A stretch of DNA of 64,000 nucleotides from Octopus vulgaris (taxonomy: Eukaryota): positions 11,036,001 through 11,100,000 of the forward strand of contig OX597823.1 of NCBI GenBank assembly GCA_951406725.2. Reading direction: 5' to 3'. The notes under the pieces are model-generated. The model was not told the DNA's origin and did not search any database. It saw only the letters and a list, made by a program, of their open reading frames with translations. This document shows positions 59,705-64,000 of the stretch, piece by piece (the first letter of the stretch is position 1; each line of letters begins with the position of its first letter). The translations under genes were made by a program, and so were the position numbers.

Positions 59705-60239
59705 AATACTCATATATAACTTCAGCGGATTTATAAGTATGTTTCCTTTGATCCTAAAAGGATATTTATCTCCAAAACGATTTATCCGACTGGCAAGTTG
59801 AAATGTTAATGTGCCTTGCAGTTATGGGAAGTATGAATATAAAATCAGCCGCAAATAATTATGAGGAGACTATAAATACCATTTGAAATTAGAGTATCTG
59901 TAAGAGATGGGTCGATCCAACCAATGGAAAATAACAATTGCCCAAGATGCAACTCAATGGGAATGAACTTCTGGTTGTGAAGAGAACTTTTAAATATTCA
60001 GCCATACTCTGTCTATATCCATCTATATCCCCATTGCTATTGCTATGATGGTATACAGCCACTTCTGTGAAAGTCATTGACACCACACCTATAAGGATAG
60101 ACAAAGGCATGTTCCAGAAAATAACAGTACTAAAGGATATTGTTAGGGCATTCCTTGCCACATCTTTTAACCGACAACATTTTTATTCATATTTTCTTTG
60201 GGGTACTTTAATTATTTTTGGCGACTGTTGATTTTCTTA

Positions 60240-61763
60240 TTAGAGCAAGGAAATTATTATTCTGTTAGATTCTCAAAATTGCTTTTGTTATCCATCCACT
60301 GCAACTCCTGATAAGGTGGAGTTTGAACTCAGAATACACACAGGCAGAACAAATACTGCAAGGCATCTTTTCTGATGCTCTAACAATTCTGTCAATCCAT
60401 CACCCTGAATAGGTACTTTTTTTTTATCAACCCCCTCTCAAAATATAAGAATAAAAGGCAAAGTTGACCTTGGCTGGCTTTGAACTCAGAACCCACAGTA
60501 TCTGAACATATACCACAAGGCATTCTGTGTAACAGTTTAATGACTTTGCCAGCCCACCACCTTATTTTTGATATAACAAAGGAAAATGTTGGTGTATTCT
60601 CAAACCAATCCGTAATAAATATAATTATTCTAGCATAAGGCCAAAAGTTTGTGGTAAGAGTGTTAAACAATAAAATCAACTCCAGTACTTCATTGTGAAC
60701 CTCATTTTATCAACCTTGGCTTGATGAAAGGCAAAGTTGATTTCACTGTGATTTGAAGTTAGAAAATAAAGAGCCGTAACTGAGTTATGTTAATTCACCA
60801 CCACCTTTTGAGAGCAGCTGTAGTGGATTTAACTGACTCCAATTCTTAACTGGTGCATACATTATTGGCCCTGAAAAGATAAGCTAAGCTGACTCACAGC
60901 TTAATTTGAACTTGGAAATAAAAGGATATATTGAATATCACAAGATCATTTATGCCACCTTGCAGTTTTCTTCCATCTATCATTATTCTGTCTGGTAATA
61001 ACTGTTTCTGATACAGACACGTGACTTGCAAATTGAAGGAAGAGTGCTAGTCAGTTATATCAACTCAGTATTGAAATGGTACTTTATTGTTTCAACCCTG
61101 AAAGGTTAAAGACAGGATTAGTACAACGTAAAGAGCTGGAACAAATACTGCAAAAACATTTATTCCAATGCTCTAATGATTCTGCCAGTTTCCTATTTCC
61201 ATGATAATTATTTCTGAGACAGAGGCACGGGGCCTGAAATTTGGAGGAGGAGTACAGTGGATTACTTCAACTCCAATATTTGACGGGTTACTATGTCGTA
61301 TGAGCTACATAGAAATTTTAAGTAAAGTTGACCTTGGTGTGGTTTGAACTCAAAAAAATAAGTGGCTATAGCTAAATTCTGCTAGGCATCTTGTCTGATG
61401 CTTTAAAGATTCTGCCAAATATTAAGAATAACGATTTATAATAATAGCAATTATAATCTTATAATAATAACAACAATAGTAATAATAATAATAATAATAA
61501 TAATGATTTCAAATTTTGCCACAAGGGCAGCAATTTTGGGGAAGGAGTGAATTGATTGTATCAACCCCAGTATTCAACTGGCACTGATTTTATTGACCCC
61601 CAAAAGGATGAAAGGGAAGTTGACCTCGGTGGAATTTTAATAATAATGATTATGGTTTAAAATTTTGCCACAAGAGCAGCAATTTTGGGGAATCCAGTTT
61701 GTAACTGGTGCTTATTTTATTGACCCTGAAATGATGAAAGGCAAAGTTGAACTCAGCGGACTT

Positions 61764-61770
<7 letters not shown>
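60240..61770 (-). mobile_element. Pile-up of ancient SINE family A remnants
   Basis: Repeated diverged AAAGGCAAAGTTGACC..TTTGAACTCAGAA motifs. Confidence 0.7.
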
Positions 61771-61813
<43 letters not shown>

Positions 61814-62418
61814 AATAATAATTATAATAATGGTATAGTATATTTCTCACATAATGTTTTTACAAGCCCCCCTCACATTTGTAAGAGGGAAATAGTAGAT
61901 ATAAACATTTATATTGACATCAGTATTTTACTGGTACTAAATTTATTGTACAGGTACTTAATTTATTGAACCTAAGGAACAATGAAAGTTGAAAAAAGAA
62001 AAAAAAAACTACTTCAGCTTTGAATGCATAATATGTAGAGATACATGTAAATAATGGAAGGTTTTTAATCTGGTGCTATACAGTGTATAAAGAATGTGAA
62101 TACATATATATACTGAGAGATTGTTTTAATTTTGTGTTCGACAATAGATAATGTTAGTGATATCATATGAAGTACTTTGTATAAATGTTCTCATGTTATG
62201 CATTATACCGATGTTCTGTTACTGCTACTACAGTCATTTCATTAAGACACCAATTGGAGGTTACTGCCACTTACCTATTGATAACTTAATTACCATATGA
62301 TTTACTCATACACACACACAGACACACACATATGAAACTAAATAGATTTTAACTTTACTTCCTGTAGTATTAGGTACTATATTGTAATAAGTGAAGGCCT
62401 TTTTCTTTTATATATATA

Positions 62419-62797
62419 CTAGCAGTATCGCCCGGCGTTGCTCAGGTTTGTAAGGGAAATAACTATAAAGCATTTTTAGAGAGTTATAGCCAAAAAATAG
62501 CAAAAAAATGGGGAAAAAATGATGGTAAATTTTTTTGAGAGTTAAAAAAGGTGGAGTTGCGTCCCCTAGACGGTCTGTGGTTTGGGTTTCTGATTCTCGA
62601 CCCCATGTCGAATTTATCGATTTTTTCAGAACTGGGGGAACTTTTCAAAATTTTCGCTGCGTTAGTTTTGAATTATGACATTGGGCTATGTGTGTGTCAA
62701 GTTTCATCAGAATCGGTTGAAAGCCGTGGTCAGGGTGAGAGTACGAGAAAACAGACACACAGAAAACGCACAGACAAACTGCCGTTTATATAAAGAG

Positions 62798-62798
<1 letters not shown>
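62419..62798 (-). mobile_element. Non-autonomous Helitron with shared 3' end but different 5' half
   Basis: First ~120 bp from CTAG match 22650 and 39140. The remainder differs and ends TATATAAAGAGA|T. Confidence 0.8.
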
Positions 62799-62831
<33 letters not shown>

Positions 62832-63759
62832 ATATATACACATATATATATTCGGAGAGAGAAAGAGAAAGGAGGAGGGAGAAGGAGAGGCACTTGGGAA
62901 AAAGATATTACATTGTTTCTGAGACAAGTTCACTCATTCAAGTTCATTTACATCAACTTTAGAGTTTTTAAAAATCATTTCTTAATTTAAACAATTTTAG
63001 CATTTAATATTGTTTCTTTGGCAAAGGCTAGTTTACGAATTATCACTATAGACATAAATGGAGGTGTATACAGAAGCAATATAAATATATTATAATAAAT
63101 GAATAAATTTATTCACATCCATTTATCTAATCTTTAAAATTTTTGAATTAAAATGCTATATTAATAATAATAAGAAGAATTTTCAGTATTTTTCTTTTCC
63201 ACGTTATGTTCTAAGACGTTATACTTTATTCTTATATTGTCTAATTCTGTTTTTATTTAATGTTCCATAATCTTTTGGATTTTATTTTTACCAGATTAAT
63301 ATACACTTCACATCAATGATATTAATTATAATTATTGTTATGTCTTTCAAACATTTAAAAAAAATTTTTAAAAAACACAAACCAAGACAGTGTTTTAAAG
63401 TTAATCATACTGACAATTAATATGTCAAAATTTTAAAAAATGTTGTTATTGTTTTTTTTTTATAGTCACATGATAATGAAGAAGAGGAGAAGGAGAGAGA
63501 GGAAATTGGTGAAGATAATAGTTATGATAATGCTATTGATGATGATGATTTTGAAGATGATGATGATGGTAGTGGGGAGTAGTGGTGATGGGATTATAAA
63601 AACTTGGAAATGAGTTATAATTTCTTTAAACACTGCTTGATGATGATGGGGTGTGTGTGTGTGTGTATATGTGTGTGTACATATTACCATTGAGTTTAGG
63701 GCTCAGTAACTGGTTCCACATCAAACTCCTCTGCATTTTATGTATGTATGTATGTATAA

Positions 63760-63803
<44 letters not shown>

Positions 63804-63816
63804 GTATGTATGTATA

Positions 63817-63867
<51 letters not shown>

Positions 63868-63886
63868 GTATGTATACATATGTATG

Positions 63887-63926
<40 letters not shown>

Positions 63927-64000
63927 TACATACATATGTATGTATGTATGGAAAGAGAGAGAGAGTGAATTAGGAATATTTCTAAATTTAAAATATATTA

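Noticed and set aside
59889-60161. 90-aa minus-strand ORF, and plus-strand TTPIRIDKGMFQ faintly like an RT motif
   Set aside because: No further motifs in register. Too weak to call.

Overview
AT-rich eukaryotic DNA saturated with microsatellites and transposons. The SINE families and repeat landscape suggest an octopus or other cephalopod, which is my inference and not a database result. I can support no host protein-coding gene, and most ORFs in the track are microsatellite artefacts. Real coding sequence is all transposon-derived: (1) an apparently full-length CR1-group LINE (~12310-17908) whose only three lesions are 1-bp deletions in homopolymers, with an unusual Myb/SANT + CCCH ORF1; (2) a decayed mariner (10607-12137); (3) R4/Dong-like LINE remnants (34.3-36.2 kb). 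Also present are several tRNA-derived SINE families, non-autonomous Helitrons (TC...hairpin-CTAG) and long inverted repeats. The most notable hidden signal is seven hammerhead-ribozyme-like motifs from about five families, in short Penelope-pLTR-like or retrozyme-like elements that mostly abut microsatellites. Three have a near-complete catalytic core and two have long stem II extensions. A SINE that repeatedly inserts at one nucleotide inside older copies of itself is also seen. All coordinates were read by eye and may be off by a few bases.
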